Assembly: GCF_009914755.1 (NCBI RefSeq)
Contig: NC_060933.1
Length of the DNA stretch: 64,000 nt
DNA from: the human T2T-CHM13v2.0 reference genome, Homo sapiens
Direction: 5' to 3' (one strand)
Shown: positions 41,931 to 56,500 of the stretch, in pieces
How positions within the stretch are numbered: position 1 is the stretch's first letter
Layout of the letters: every line of letters begins with the position of its first letter
Translations under genes and position numbers: made by a program
The notes under the pieces: generated by a model
The model's database searches: none
Seen by the model: only the letters and a program-made list of their open reading frames with translations
What the model was told of the DNA's origin: nothing

Positions 41931-44900
41931 TGGAATGAAATGGAATGGAATGGAATGGAATCGTTCCGAGTGGAATAGGAGGGAATGTATTCGAGTGGAA
42001 TGGAAAGGAATGGTATCAACCAGAGTGGAATGGAAGGGAATGGAATGGAATGGAAACTAATAGAATGGAATCAACCCGAGTGGAATGGAATGGAAAGGAC
42101 TGGAATGGAATGGAATGGAATGGAATCAACTCGATTGTAATGGAATGGAATGGCATGGAATGGAATGGAATTAACCCGAATACAATGGAATGGGATGGAA
42201 TGGAACGGAATGGAGTGGAATGGAATGGAATCAACCCGAGTGCAGGAGAATGGAATGGAATGGAATGCAATGGAATGGAATCATCCGGAATGGAATGGAA
42301 TGGAATGGAATGCAAAGCAATGGAATCAACTCGATTGCAATGGAATGGAATGGAATGGAAAGGAATACATTGGAATCAACCCGAGTGGAATGGAATGGAA
42401 AGGACTGGAATGGAGTGGAATGGAATGGAATGGAATGGAATGGAATCAACTCGATTGGAATGGAATGGAATGGAATGGAATGGAATGGAATTAACCCCAA
42501 TAGAATGGAATGGAATGGAATGGAACGGAACGGAATGGAATGGAATGGAATTGAATGGAATGGAATAAACCCGAGTGCAATGGAATGGAGTGGAATGGAA
42601 TGGAATGGAATGGAACAACCCGAATGGAATGGAATGTAATGGAGAGTAAGGGAGTTGAATAGAATCAATCCGAATGTAATGGAATGGAATGGAACGGAAT
42701 GGAATTGAATGGAATGGAATGGAATGGAATCAACCCGAGTGCAATGGAATGGAGAGGAATGGAATGGAATGGAATGGAAACTACCCGAATGGAATGGAAT
42801 GTAATGGAGTGTAAGGGAATTGAATAGAATCAATCCGAATGTAATGGAATGGAATGGAATGGAATGGAATGGAATGGAATGGAATGGAATGGAATGCAAT
42901 GGAATGGAATCAACCCGAGTGCAATCGAATGGAATCGAATGGAATGGAATGCAATGGAATGGATTCAACTTGAATGGAATGGAAAGAATGGAATCAACAC
43001 GAGTGGAATGGCATGGATTGGAATGGAATGGAATGGAATCAACCCGAGTACAGGGGAATGGAATGGAATGGAATGCAATGGAATGGAATCATCCGTAATG
43101 GAATGGAAAGGAATGGAATGGAATGGAATGGAATGGAATGGAATGGAATGGAATCAACTCGATTGCAATCGAATGGAATGGAATGGAATTAACCCGAATA
43201 GAATGGAATGGAATGGAATGGAACGCAACGGAATGGAATGGAATGGAACGGAATGGAATGGAATGGAACAGAACGGAATGGATGGAATGGAATGGAATGG
43301 AATGGAATGGAATCAACGCGAGTGCAGGGGAATGGAATGGAATGGAATGCAATGGAATGGAATCTTCCGGAATGGAATGGAATGGAATGGAATGGAATGG
43401 AATGAAATGCAATGGATTCAACTCGATTGCAATGGAATGGAATAGAATGGAATGGAATGGAATGGAATGGAATGGAATTAACCCGAATAGAATGGAATGG
43501 AATGGAATGGAACGGAATGGAACGGAATGCAATGGAATGGAATGGAATGGAATGGTATGGAATGGAATGGAATGGTACGGAATAGAATGGAATGGAACGA
43601 ATTGTAATGGAATGGAATTGAATGGAATGAAATGGAATGGAATGGAATGGAATGGAATCAACGCGAGTGCAGGGGAATGTAATGGAACGAAATGCAATGG
43701 AATGGAATCATGCGGAATGGAATGGAATGGAATGGAATGGAATGGAATGGAATCAACCCGAGTGCAATGGAATGGAGTGGAATGGAATGGAATGGAATGG
43801 AACAACCCGAATGGAATGGAATGTAATGGAGAGTAAGGGAGTTGAATAGAATCAATCCGAATGTAATGGAATGGAATTCAATGGAATGGAAAGGAATGGA
43901 ATGGAATGGAAAGGAATGGAATGGAATGGAATGGAATGGAATGCCTTCAAACCGAATGTAATGGAAAGGAATGGAATCAACACGAGTGGAATGGAATGGA
44001 ATGGAATGGAATCGAATGGAATGGAATAATATGGAATAGAATGGAATGGAACGAAATGGAATGGAACGAAATGGAATGGAATGGAATGGAATGGAATGGA
44101 ATGGAATGATACGGAATAGAATGGAATGGAACGAAATGGAGTGGAATGGAATGGAATGGAATGAAATGGAATGGAATGGAATCGTTCCTAGTGGAATAGG
44201 AGGGAATGTATTCGAGTGGAATGGAAAGGAATGGTATCAACCAGAGTGGAATGGAAGGGAATGGAATGGAATGGAAACTAATAGAATGGAATCAACCCGA
44301 GTGGAATGGAATGGAAAGGACTGGAATGGAATGGAATGGAATGGAATCAACTCGATTGTAATGGAATGGAATGGAATGGAATGGAATGGAATGGAATGGA
44401 ATTAACCCGAATACAATGGAATGGAATGGAATGGAATGGAATGGAGTGGAATGGAATGGAATCAACCCGAGTGCAGGGTAATGGAATGGAATGGAATGCA
44501 ATGGAATGGAATCATCCGGAATGGAATGGAATGGAATGGAATGCAAAGCAATGGAATCAACTCGATTGCAATGGAATGGAATGGAATGGAAAGGAATACA
44601 TTGGAATCAACCCGAGTGGAATGGAATGGAAAGGACTGGAATGGAGTGGAATGGAATGGAATGGAATGGAATGGAAACAACTCGATTGGAATGGAATGGA
44701 ATGGAATGGAATGGAATTAACCCGAATAGAATGGAATTGAATGGAATGGAAAGGAACGGAATGGAATGGAATGGAATGGAATGGAATGGAATCAACCCGA
44801 CTGCAGGGGAATGGAATGGAATGGAATGCAATGGAATGGATTCAACTTCAATGGAATGGAAAGAATGGAATCAACACGAGTGGAATGGCATGGATTGGAA

Positions 44901-45190
44901 TGGAATGGAATGGAATTAACCCGAGTACAAGGGAATGGAATGGAATGGAATGCAATGGAATGGAATCATCCGTAATGGAATGGAAAGGAATGGAATGGAA
45001 TGGAATGGAATGGAATAGAATGGAATGGAATCAACTCGATTGCAATCGAATGGAATGGAATGGAATTAACCCGAATAAAATGGAATGGAATCGAATGGAA
45101 CGGAACGGAACGGAATGGAATGGATTGGAATGGAATGGAATGGAATGGAACGGAATGGAATGGAATGGAATGGAATGGAATGGAATGGAA
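36730..45190 (+). repeat. Internal ~5.83-kb sub-period of the HOR: block ~36730-39370 repeated at ~42570-45190
   Basis: ORFs 37383/43208, 37812/43637, 38221/44046 and 38596/44421 all at +5825; GCCTTCAAACCG at 38118/43943; CGTTCCTAG at 38358/44183. Confidence 0.85.
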
Positions 45191-47543
45191 TCAACGCGAG
45201 TGCAGGGGAATGGAATGGAATGGAATGCAATGGAATGGAATCTTCCGGAATGGAATGGAATGGAATGGAATGGAATGGAATAAACCCGAGTACAATGGAA
45301 TGGAGTGGAATGGAATGGAATGGAATGGAACAACCCGAATGGAATGGAATGTAATGGAGAGTAAGGGAGTTGAATAGAATCAATCCGAATGTAATGGAAT
45401 GGAATGGAACGGAATGGAATTGAATGGAATGGAATGGAATGCAATGGAATGGAATCAACCCGAGAGCAATGGAATGGAGAGGAATGGAATGGAATGGAAT
45501 GGAAACTACCCGAATGGAATGGAATGTAATGGAGGGTAAGGGAATTGAATAGAATCAATCTGAATCTAATGGAATGGAATGGAACGGAATGGAATGGAAT
45601 GGAATGGAATGGAATGGAATGGAATGGAATGCAATGGAATGGAATGAACCCGAGTGCAATCGAATGGAATCGAATGGAATGGAATGCAATGGAATGGATT
45701 CAACTTGAATGGAATGGAAAGAATGGAATCAACACGAGTGGAATGGCATGGATTGGAATGGAATGGAATGGAATCAACCCGAGTACAGGGGAATGGAATG
45801 GAATGGAATGCAATGGAATGGAATCATCCGTAATGGAATGGAAAGGAATGGAATGGAATGGAATGGAATGGAATGGAATGGAATGGAATCAACTCGATTG
45901 CAATCGAATGGAATGGAATGGAATTAACCCGAATAGAATGGAATGGAATGGAATGGAACGGAACGGAATGGAATGGAATGGAATGGAAAGGAATGGAACG
46001 GAACGGAACGGAATGGATGAAATGGAATGGAATGGAATGGAATGGAATCAAAGCGAGTGCAAGGGAATGGAATGGAATGGAATGCAATGGAATGGAATCT
46101 TCCGGAATGGAATGGAATGGAATGGAATGGAATGAAATGCAATGGATTCAACTCGATTGCAATGGAATGGAATAGAATGGAATGGAATGGAATGGAACGG
46201 AATGGAATTAACCCGAATAGAATGGAATGGAATGGAATGGAACGGAATGGAACGGAATGGAATGGAATGGAATGGAATGGAATGGTATGGAATGGAATGG
46301 AATGGTACGGAATAGAATGGAATGGAACGAATTGTAATGGAATGGAATTGAATGGAATGGAATGGAATGGAATGGAATCAACGCGAGTGCAGGGGAATGT
46401 AATGGAACGGAATGCAATGGAATGGAATCATCCGGAATGGAATGGAATGGAATGGAATGGAATGGAATGGAATCAACCCGAGTGCAATGGAATGGAGTGG
46501 AATGGAATGGAATGGAATGGAACAACCCGAATGGAATGGAATGTAATGGAGAGTAAGGGAGTTGAATATAATCAATCCGAATGTAATGGAATTGGATGCA
46601 ACGGAATGGAAAGGAATGGAATGGAATGGAATGGAATGCAATGGAATGGAGTCAACCCGAGTACAATGGAATGGAATGGAATGGAATGGAATGGAATGGA
46701 ATGGAATGGAATGGAATGGAATTAACCCGAATACAATGGAATGGAATGGAATGGAATGGAATGGAGTGGAATGGAATGGAATCAACCCGAGTGCAGGGTA
46801 ATGGAATGGAATGGAATGCAATGGAATGGAATCATCCGGAATGGAATGGAATGGAATGGAATGCAAAGCAATGGAATCAACTCGATTGCAATGGAATGGA
46901 ATGGAATGGAAAGGAATACATTGGAATCAACCCGAGTGGAATGGAATGGAAAGGACTGGAATGGAGTGGAATGGAATGGAATGGAATGGAATGGAAACAA
47001 CTCGATTGGAATGGAATGGAATGGAATGGAATGGAATTAACCCGAATAGAATGGAATTGAATGGAATGGAAAGGAACGGAATGGAATGGAATGGAATGGA
47101 ATGGAATGGAATGGAATGGAATCAACCCGACTGCAGGGGAATGGAATGGAATGGAATGCAATGGAATGGATTCAACTTCAATGGAATGGAAAGAATGGAA
47201 TCAACACGAGTGGAATGGCATGGATTGGAATGGAATGGAATGGAATTAACCCGAGTACAAGGGAATGGAATGGAATGGAATGCAATGGAATGGAATCATC
47301 CGTAATGGAATGGAAAGGAATGGAATGGAATGGAATGGAATGGAATAGAATGGAATGGAATCAACTCGATTGCAATCGAATGGAATGGAATGGAATTAAC
47401 CCGAATAAAATGGAATGGAATCGAATGGAACGGAACGGAACGGAATGGAATGGATTGGAATGGAATGGAATGGAATGGAACGGAATGGAATGGAATGGAA
47501 TGGAATGGAATGGAATGGAATGGAATCAACCCGAGTGCAGGGG

Positions 47544-50500
47544 AATGGAATGGAATGGAATGCAATGGAATGGAATCAACCCGAGTACAATGGAACGGAA
47601 TGGAATGGAATGTAATGAAATGTAATGTAATGGAATGGAATGGAATGGAATCAACCCGAGTGCAATGGAATGGAGAGGAATGTATGGAATGGAATGGAAA
47701 CTACCCGAATGGAATGGAATGGAATGGAGTGTAAGGGAATTGAATAGAATCAATCCGAATGGAATGGAATGGAATGGAAAGGAATGTAATGTAATGGAAT
47801 GGAATGGAATCAACCCGAGTGCAGGGGAATGGAATGGAATGGAATGCAATGGAATGGAGTCATCCGGAATGGAATGGAATGGAATGCAATGGAATGGAAT
47901 GGAATGGAATCAACCCGAGTGCAATGGAATGGAGTGAAATGGAATGGAATGGAATAGAGACAACCAGAATGGATTGGAATATAATGGAGTGTAAGGGAAT
48001 TGAATAGAATCAATCTGAATGTAATGAAAGGGTATGGAACGGAATGGAATGGAATGGAATGAAATGGAATGCAATGGAATGGAATCAAAACGAGTGCAAT
48101 CGAATGGAATCGAATGGAATGGAATGCAATGGAATGGATTCAACTTGAATGGAATGGAAAGAATGGAATCAACACGAGTGGAATGGCATGGATTGGAATG
48201 GAATAGAATGGAATCAACCCGAGTATAAGGGAATGGAATGGAATGGAATGCAATGGAATGGAATCATCCGTAATGGAATGGAAAGGAATGGAATGGAATG
48301 GAATGGAATGGAATGGAATGGAATGGAATCAACACGATTGCAATCGAATGGAATGGAATGGAATTAACCCGAATAGAATGGAATGGAATGGAATGGAACG
48401 GAACGGAATGGAATGGAATGGAATGGAATGGAATGGAATGCAACGGAAAGGAAGGGAATGGAATGGAATAGAATGGAATGGAATGGAATCAACGCGAGTG
48501 CAGGGGAATGGAATGGAATGGAATGCAATGGAATGGAATCTTCCGGAATGGAATGGAATGGAATGGAATGGAATGGAATGGAATCAACCCGAGTGCAATG
48601 GAATGGAGTGGAATGGAATGGAATGGAATGGAACAACCCGAATGGAATGGAATGTAATGGAGAGTAAGGGAGTTGAATAGAATCAATCAGAATGTAATGG
48701 AATGGAATGAAACGGAATGGAATTGAATGGAATGGAATGGAATGCAATGGAATGGAATCAACCCGAGTGCAATGGAATGGAGAGGAATGGAATGCAATGG
48801 AATGGAAACTACCCAAATGGAATGGAATGTAATGGAGTGTAAGGGAATTGAATAGAATCAATCCGAATGTAATGGAATGGTATGGAACGGAATGGAACGG
48901 AATGGAATGGAATGGAATGGAATGGAATGGAATGCAATGGAATGGAATCAACCCGAGTGCAATCGAATGGAATCGAATGGAATGGAATGCAATGGAATGG
49001 ATTCAACTTGAATGGAATGGAAAGAATGGAATCAACACGAGTGGAATGGCATGGATTGGAATGGAATGGAATGGAATCAACCCGAGTACAGGGGAATGGA
49101 ATGGAATGGAATGCAATGGAATGGAATCATCCGTAAAGGAATGGAAAGGAATGGAATGGAATGGAATGGAATGGAATGGAATGGAATCAACTCGATTGCA
49201 ATCGAATGGAATGGAATGGAATTAACCCGTATAGAATGGAATGGTACGGAACGGAATGGAATGGAATGGAATGGAATTGAATGGAATGGAATGGAACGGA
49301 ATCAACGCGACTGCAGGGGAATGGAATGGAATGGAATGCAATGGAATGGAATCTTCCGGAATGGAATGGAATGGAATGGAATGGAATGAAATGCAATGGA
49401 TTCAACTCGATTGCAATGGAATGGAATAGAATGGATTGGAATGGAATGGAATGGAATTAATTCGAATAGAATGGAATGGAATGGAATGGAACGGAATGGA
49501 ACGGAATGGAATGGAATGGAATGGAATGGAATGGTATGGAATGCAATGGAATGGTACGGAATAGAATGGAATGGAAAGAATTGTAATGGAATGGAATTGA
49601 ATGGAATGGAATGGAATGGAATGGAATCAACGCGAGTGCAGGGGAATGTAATGGAACGGAATGCAATGGAATGGAATCATCCGGAATGGAATGGAATGGA
49701 ATGGAATGGAATGGAATGGAATGGAGTGGAATCAACCCGAGAGCAATGGAATGGAGTGGAATGGAATGGAATGGAATGGAACAACCCGAATGGAATGGAA
49801 TGTAATGGAGAGTAAGGGAGTTGAATAGAATCAATCCGAATGTAATGGAATGGAATGCAACGGAATGGAATGGAATGGAATGCAATGGAATTGAATCAAC
49901 CCGAGTACAATGGAATGGAATGGAATGGAATGGAATGGAATGGAATGGAATGGATTGGAATGGAATGATACGGAATAGAATGGAATGGAACGAAATGGAA
50001 TGGAATGGAATGGAATGGAATGGAATGGAATGGAATGAAATGGAATGGAATGGAAAGGAATGGAATGGAATGGAATGGAATGGAATGGAATGGATTGGAA
50101 TGGAATGGAATCAACGCGAGTGCAGGGGAATGGAATGGAATGGCATGCAATGGAATGGAATCTTCCGGAATGGAATGGAATGGAATGGAATAGAATGGAA
50201 TGGAATGGAATGGAATGGAATAAACCCGAGTGCAATGGAATGGAGTGGAATGGAATGGAATGGAATGGAACAACCCGAATGGAATGGAATGGAATGGAGA
50301 GTAAGGGAGTTGAATAGAATCCATCCGAATGTAATGGAATGGAATGGAACGGAATGGAATTGAATGGAATGGAATGGAATGCAATGGAATGGAATCAACC
50401 CGAGTTCAATGGAATGGAGAGGAATGGAATGGAATGGAATGGAAACTACCCGAATGGAATAGAATGTAATGGAGTGTAAGGGAATTGAATAGAATCAATC

Positions 50501-53500
50501 CGAATGTAATGGAATGGAATGGAACGGAATGGAATGGAACGGAATGGAATGGAATGGAATGGAATGGAATGGAATGGAATGCAATGGAATGGAATCAACC
50601 CGAGTGCAATCGAATGGAATCGAATGGAATGGAATGCAATGGAATGGATTCAACTTGAATGGAATGGAAAGAATGGAATCAACACGAGTGGAATGGCATG
50701 GATTGGAATGGAATGGAATGGAATGAACCCGAGTACAGGGGAATGGAATGGAATGGAATGCAATGGAATCAACCCGAGTGCAATGGAATGGAGTGGAATG
50801 GAATGGAATGGAATGGAACAACCCGAATGGAATGGAATGTAATGGAGAGTAAGGGAGTTGAATAGAATCAATCCGAATGTAATGGAATGGAATGGAACGG
50901 AATGGAATTGAATGGAATGGAATGGAATGGAATCAACCCGAGTGCAATGGAATGGAGAGGAATGGAATGGAATGGAATGGAAACTACCCGAATGGAATGG
51001 AATGTAATGGAGTGTAAGGGAATTGAATAGAATCAATCCGAATGTAATGGAATGGAATGGAACGGAATGGAATGGAATGGAATGGAATGGAATGGAATGG
51101 AATGGAATGCAATGGAATGGAATCAACCCGAGTGCAATCGAATGGAATCGAATGGAATGGAATGCAATGGAATGGATTCAACTTGAATGGAATGGAAAGA
51201 ATGGAATCAACACGAGTGGAATGGCATGGATTGGAATGGAATGGAATGGAATCAACCCGAGTACAGGGGAATGGAATGGAATGGAATGCAATGGAATGGA
51301 ATCATCCGTAATGGAATGGAAAGGAATGGAATGGAATGGAATGGAATGGAATGGAATGGAATGGAATGGAATCAACTCGATTGCAATCGAATGGAATGGA
51401 ATGGAATTAACCCGAATAGAATGGAATGGAATGGAATGGAACGCAACGGAATGGAATGGAATGGAACGGAATGGAATGGAACGGAACGGAACGGAATGGA
51501 TGGAATGGAATGGAATGGAATGGAATGGAATCAACGCGAGTGCAGGGGAATGGAATGGAATGGAATGCAATGGAATGGAATCTTCCGGAATGGAATGGAA
51601 TGGAATGGAATGGAATGGAATGAAATGCAATGGATTCAACTCGATTGCAATGGAATGGAATAGAATGGAATGGAATGGAATGGAATGGAATGGAATTAAC
51701 CCGAATAGAATGGAATGGAATGGAATGGAACGGAATGGAACGGAATGCAATGGAATGGAATGGAATGGAATGGTATGGAATGGAATGGAATGGTACGGAA
51801 TAGAATGGAATGGAACGAATTGTAATGGAATGGAATTGAATGGAATGAAATGGAATGGAATGGAATGGAATGGAATCAACGCGAGTGCAGGGGAATGTAA
51901 TGGAACGAAATGCAATGGAATGGAATCATGCGGAATGGAATGGAATGGAATGGAATGGAATGGAATGGAATCAACCCGAGTGCAATGGAATGGAGTGGAA
52001 TGGAATGGAATGGAATGGAACAACCCGAATGGAATGGAATGTAATGGAGAGTAAGGGAGTTGAATAGAATCAATCCGAATGTAATGGAATGGAATTCAAT
52101 GGAATGGAAAGGAATGGAATGGAATGGAATGGAATGGAATGGAATGGAATGGAATGGAATGCCTTCAAACCGAATGTAATGGAAAGGAATGGAATCAACA
52201 CGAGTGGAATGGAATCGAATGGAATGGAATCGAATGGAATGGAATGATATGGAATAGAATGGAATGGAACGAAATGGAATGGAACGAAATGGAATGGAAT
52301 GGAATGGAATGGAATGGAATGGAATGATACGGAATAGAATGGAATGGAACGAAATGGAGTGGAATGGAATGGAATGGAATGAAATGGAATGGAATGGAAT
52401 CGTTCCTAGTGGAATAGGAGGGAATGTATTCGAGTGGAATGGAAAGGAATGGTATCAACCAGAGTGGAATGGAAGGGAATGGAATGGAATGGAAACTAAT
52501 AGAATGGAATCAACCCGAGTGGAATGGAATGGAAAGGACTGGAATGGAATGGAATGGAATGGAATCAACTCGATTGTAATGGAATGGAATGGAATGGAAT
52601 GGAATGGAATGGAATGGAATTAACCCGAATACAATGGAATGGAATGGAATGGAATGGAATGGAGTGGAATGGAATGGAATCAACCCGAGTGCAGGGTAAT
52701 GGAATGGAATGGAATGCAATGGAATGGAATCATCCGGAATGGAATGGAATGGAATGGAATGCAAAGCAATGGAATCAACTCGATTGCAATGGAATGGAAT
52801 GGAATGGAAAGGAATACATTGGAATCAACCCGAGTGGAATGGAATGGAAAGGACTGGAATGGAGTGGAATGGAATGGAATGGAATGGAATGGAAACAACT
52901 CGATTGGAATGGAATGGAATGGAATGGAATGGAATTAACCCGAATAGAATGGAATTGAATGGAATGGAAAGGAACGGAATGGAATGGAATGGAATGGAAT
53001 GGAATGGAATGGAATGGAATCAACCCGACTGCAGGGGAATGGAATGGAATGGAATGCAATGGAATGGATTCAACTTCAATGGAATGGAAAGAATGGAATC
53101 AACACGAGTGGAATGGCATGGATTGGAATGGAATGGAATGGAATTAACCCGAGTACAAGGGAATGGAATGGAATGGAATGCAATGGAATGGAATCATCCG
53201 TAATGGAATGGAAAGGAATGGAATGGAATGGAATGGAATGGAATAGAATGGAATGGAATCAACTCGATTGCAATCGAATGGAATGGAATGGAATTAACCC
53301 GAATAAAATGGAATGGAATCGAATGGAACGGAACGGAACGGAATGGAATGGATTGGAATGGAATGGAATGGAATGGAACGGAATGGAATGGAATGGAATG
53401 GAATGGAATGGAATGGAATGGAATCAACCCGAGTGCAGGGGAATGGAATGGAATGGAATGCAATGGAATGGAATCAACCCGAGTACAATGGAACGGAATG

Positions 53501-56500
53501 GAATGGAATGTAATGAAATGTAATGTAATGGAATGGAATGGAATGGAATCAACCCGAGTGCAATGGAATGGAGAGGAATGTATGGAATGGAATGGAAACT
53601 ACCCGAATGGAATGGAATGGAATGGAGTGTAAGGGAATTGAATAGAATCAATCCGAATGGAATGGAATGGAATGGAAAGGAATGTAATGTAATGGAATGG
53701 AATGGAATCAACCCGAGTGCAGGGGAATGGAATGGAATGGAATGCAATGGAATGGAGTCATCCGGAATGGAATGGAATGGAATGCAATGGAATGGAATGG
53801 AATGGAATCAACCCGAGTGCAATGGAATGGAGTGAAATGGAATGGAATGGAATAGAGACAACCAGAATGGATTGGAATATAATGGAGTGTAAGGGAATTG
53901 AATAGAATCAATCTGAATGTAATGAAAGGGTATGGAACGGAATGGAATGGAATGGAATGAAATGGAATGCAATGGAATGGAATCAAAACGAGTGCAATCG
54001 AATGGAATCGAATGGAATGGAATGCAATGGAATGGATTCAACTTGAATGGAATGGAAAGAATGGAATCAACACGAGTGGAATGGCATGGATTGGAATGGA
54101 ATAGAATGGAATCAACCCGAGTATAAGGGAATGGAATGGAATGGAATGCAATGGAATGGAATCATCCGTAATGGAATGGAAAGGAATGGAATGGAATGGA
54201 ATGGAATGGAATGGAATGGAATGGAATCAACACGATTGCAATCGAATGGAATGGAATGGAATTAACCCGAATAGAATGGAATGGAATGGAATGGAACGGA
54301 ACGGAATGGAATGGAATGGAATGGAATGGAATGGAATGCAACGGAAAGGAAGGGAATGGAATGGAATAGAATGGAATGGAATGGAATCAACGCGAGTGCA
54401 GGGGAATGGAATGGAATGGAATGCAATGGAATGGAATCTTCCGGAATGGAATGGAATGGAATGGAATGGAATGGAATGGAATCAACCCGAGTGCAATGGA
54501 ATGGAGTGGAATGGAATGGAATGGAATGGAACAACCCGAATGGAATGGAATGTAATGGAGAGTAAGGGAGTTGAATAGAATCAATCAGAATGTAATGGAA
54601 TGGAATGAAACGGAATGGAATTGAATGGAATGGAATGGAATGCAATGGAATGGAATCAACCCGAGTGCAATGGAATGGAGAGGAATGGAATGCAATGGAA
54701 TGGAAACTACCCAAATGGAATGGAATGTAATGGAGTGTAAGGGAATTGAATAGAATCAATCCGAATGTAATGGAATGGTATGGAACGGAATGGAACGGAA
54801 TGGAATGGAATGGAATGGAATGGAATGGAATGCAATGGAATGGAATCAACCCGAGTGCAATCGAATGGAATCGAATGGAATGGAATGCAATGGAATGGAT
54901 TCAACTTGAATGGAATGGAAAGAATGGAATCAACACGAGTGGAATGGCATGGATTGGAATGGAATGGAATGGAATCAACCCGAGTACAGGGGAATGGAAT
55001 GGAATGGAATGCAATGGAATGGAATCATCCGTAAAGGAATGGAAAGGAATGGAATGGAATGGAATGGAATGGAATGGAATGGAATGGAATGGAATGGAAT
55101 GGAATCAACTCGATTGCAATCGAATGGAATGGAATGGAATTAACCCGTATAGAATGGAATGGTACGGAACGGAATGGAATGGAATGGAATGGAATGGAAT
55201 TGAATGGAATGGAATGGAACGGAATCAACGCGACTGCAGGGGAATGGAATGGAATGGAATGCAATGGAATGGAATCTTCCGGAATGGAATGGAATGGAAT
55301 GGAATGGAATGAAATGCAATGGATTCAACTCGATTGCAATGGAATGGAATAGAATGGATTGGAATGGAATGGAATGGAATTAATTCGAATAGAATGGAAT
55401 GGAATGGAATGGAACGGAATGGAACGGAATGGAATGGAATGGAATGGAATGGAATGGTATGGAATGCAATGGAATGGTACGGAATAGAATGGAATGGAAA
55501 GAATTGTAATGGAATGGAATTGAATGGAATGGAATGGAATGGAATGGAATCAACGCGAGTGCAGGGGAATGTAATGGAACGGAATGCAATGGAATGGAAT
55601 CATCCGGAATGGAATGGAATGGAATGGAATGGAATGGAATGGAATGGAGTGGAATCAACCCGAGAGCAATGGAATGGAGTGGAATGGAATGGAATGGAAT
55701 GGAACAACCCGAATGGAATGGAATGTAATGGAGAGTAAGGGAGTTGAATAGAATCAATCCGAATGTAATGGAATGGAATGCAACGGAATGGAATGGAATG
55801 GAATGCAATGGAATTGAATCAACCCGAGTACAATGGAATGGAATGGAATGGAATGGAATGGAATGGAATGGATTGGAATGGAATGATACGGAATAGAATG
55901 GAATGGAACGAAATGGAATGGAATGGAATGGAATGGAATGGAATGGAATGGAATGAAATGGAATGGAATGGAATGGAATGAAATGGAATGGAATGGAATG
56001 GAATCGTTCCGAGTGGAATAGGAGGGAATGTATTCGAGTGGAATGGAAAGGAATGGTATCAACCAGAGTGGAATGGAAGGGAATGGAATGGAATGGAAAC
56101 TAATAGAATGGAATCAACCCGAGTGGAATGGAATGGAAAGGACTGGAATGGAATGGAATGGAATGGAATCAACTCGATTGTAATGGAATGGAATGGCATG
56201 GAATGGAATGGAATTAACCCGAATACAATGGAATGGGATGGAATGGAACGGAATGGAGTGGAATGGAATGGAATCAACCCGAGTGCAGGAGAATGGAATG
56301 GAATGGAATGCAATGGAATGGAATCATCCGGAATGGAATGGAATGGAATGGAATGCAAAGCAATGGAATCAACTCGATTGCAATGGAATGGAATGGAATG
56401 GAAAGGAATACATTGGAATCAACCCGAGTGGAATGGAATGGAAAGGACTGGAATGGAGTGGAATGGAATGGAATGGAATGGAATGGAATCAACTCGATTG

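Larger units (their letters stand above)
33490..47543 (+). repeat. ~14.04-kb higher-order repeat (HOR), copy 1
   Basis: Identical ORF-track translations recur at +14043 (35353/49396, 36980/51023, 41276/55319, 43123/57166). Rare markers recur at the same offset: GCCTTCAAACCG 38118/52161 and 43943/57986; CGTTCCGAG 41962/56005. Left edge placed where similarity to 47544+ begins (CAACCCGAGTAC 33523 vs 47577), approximate. Confidence 0.9.
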
